In this document: one piece after another, positions 63,080 through 64,000 of the stretch
Layout: the number at the start of each line of letters is the position of its first letter
How positions within the stretch are numbered: the stretch's first letter is position 1
IMG/VR virus record: IMGVR_UViG_2974704384_000001
Location: 1 to 64,000 of that record
Length of the DNA stretch: 64,000 bases
Origin: a virus
Lineage: Duplodnaviria > Caudoviricetes
Strand: one strand, 5' to 3'
Made by a program: the position numbers and the translations under genes
The notes under the pieces: model-generated
What the model saw: the letters and a program-made list of their open reading frames with translations, nothing else
Databases searched by the model: none
Told to the model about the DNA's origin: nothing

Positions 63080-63153
63080 CTGGCTGTAGCTCAATTTGGT
63101 AGAGCGCTGGCTTTGGGTGCCAGGGGTTGCAGGTTCAAATCCTGCTAGCCAGA
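63080..63153 (+). tRNA. trnP: tRNA-Pro(TGG)
   Basis: acceptor CTGGCTG/TAGCCAG, anticodon arm CTGGC-TTTGGGT-GCCAG, T-arm GCAGG-TTCAAAT-CCTGC; no encoded CCA. Confidence 0.92.
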
Positions 63154-63274
63154 CGATAGGGATTACCCCGCCTCACGGCGTGCGGCCCCTCGGTTAGTCC
63201 ACCGACTGAACGGCAGGAGACAATGTGGAAACGTAGTTAGCAGGTTGGGCGCTGTTTCTCCGTATAGCCCGCAT

Positions 63275-63350
63275 AGCTCGGTAGCTCAATTGGTAGAGCA
63301 GCGGTCTCCAAAGCCGCCGGTTCCCCGTTCGAGTCGGGGCCGGGTTGCCA
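63275..63350 (+). tRNA. trnW: tRNA-Trp(CCA)
   Basis: anticodon arm GCGGT-CTCCAAA-GCCGC, T-arm CCCCG-TTCGAGT-CGGGG, encoded CCA. Confidence 0.92.
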
Positions 63351-63364
63351 ATGTATTATGAGCC

Positions 63365-63634
63365 GTGTACGGTGATGTTGTGACCACGTTTGCGAAGATT
63401 ATGGATGCACTGCATGAGGCGGAAATGGGGGCGCGCCTGTTCGACGGCGAACGATTGCGGCGGGCGGCAGCCACGCTAAGTGGCTTAGCGTCGAGTTACC
63501 CGCCCGACCAGTGCCAGTCATGCGGCGAGGATGCCTACTTTCATGATGATGTTGGCGAATACTTCCACCGTGAAGATGCCGACAAGCGCTCCCCTTGTCG
63601 ATACGGCGATGGTCCTGTGGCCAAGTTGACGTAG
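63365..63634 (+). CDS. hypothetical protein (CQSC, His/Cys)
   Basis: 89-aa ORF; start uncertain. Confidence 0.55.
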   Translation: MYGDVVTTFAKIMDALHEAEMGARLFDGERLRRAAATLSGLASSYPPDQCQSCGEDAYFHDDVGEYFHREDADKRSPCRYGDGPVAKLT

Positions 63635-63664
63635 CGCACAATTATCGGCGAACAGGGAGAAGTG

Positions 63665-63814
63665 ATGCAGACAGTGAATTGCCGGGACTGCCACCGGCCA
63701 ATCGTTGTGAAATACCCCGATGCACCTGAGCATTTGAAGTGGGGTCACGTCACCCGCGAGGACGCGCAAGCCTGCACGGTTCAGGGTTGGCCGATGCCCG
63801 ACGACCCGACATAA
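63665..63814 (+). CDS. small Zn-finger-like protein
   Basis: MQTVNCRDCHRP..WGH..C; GGGAG RBS; not in ORF track. Confidence 0.5.
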   Translation: MQTVNCRDCHRPIVVKYPDAPEHLKWGHVTREDAQACTVQGWPMPDDPT

Positions 63815-64000
63815 GGGAGATGATCGGGCGCATGAGCGATCAAACCTGCTCGCGGTGTGGATATGAGAGATATGCGCACTCCCCGTTCCACGACGGGCAT
63901 TGCATCGCCGACGAGCCATTCGACGGCGACTACGCGTGCGAATGCACGGAGTTCGTGAGCGGCTGGACCCGGCTGATCGAGTCAGGCCAAGGTCCAGACG

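Overview
This window is most of the genome of a temperate actinobacterial siphophage. It is mycobacteriophage-like, with an overall layout resembling cluster L-type phages; that assignment is inference, not a database match. From left to right it contains: packaging, head and tail genes (0.1-25 kb); a lysis cassette (25.4-28.5 kb); a leftward accessory operon with a Pol-beta-family nucleotidyltransferase and lsr2 (28.8-31.2 kb); attP, tyrosine integrase and the repressor/cro/xis switch (31.4-35 kb); and a long rightward early region. The early region encodes recombination and replication genes, three WhiB-like proteins, a Prs+Nampt pair, Pnkp, RNA ligase, ClpP, a HicA-like protein and HNH proteins, and ends with the start of a tRNA cluster (Thr-CGT, Pro-TGG, Trp-CCA). 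The strongest non-coding signal is a Ro60/TROVE gene followed by a tandem array of three related Y-RNA-like units. One is a full YrlA-type permuted tRNA mimic, and each carries a different anticodon-loop-like heptamer. There are also further unexplained structured intergenic RNAs (about 36.0 kb with a tRNA-like fold, 53.5 kb, 39.7 kb), an AT-rich 10-mer repeated upstream of virion gene starts, and a palindromic operator shared between the immunity switch and the distant pnk gene. Protein calls rest on recognised motifs and synteny only; no searches were run.
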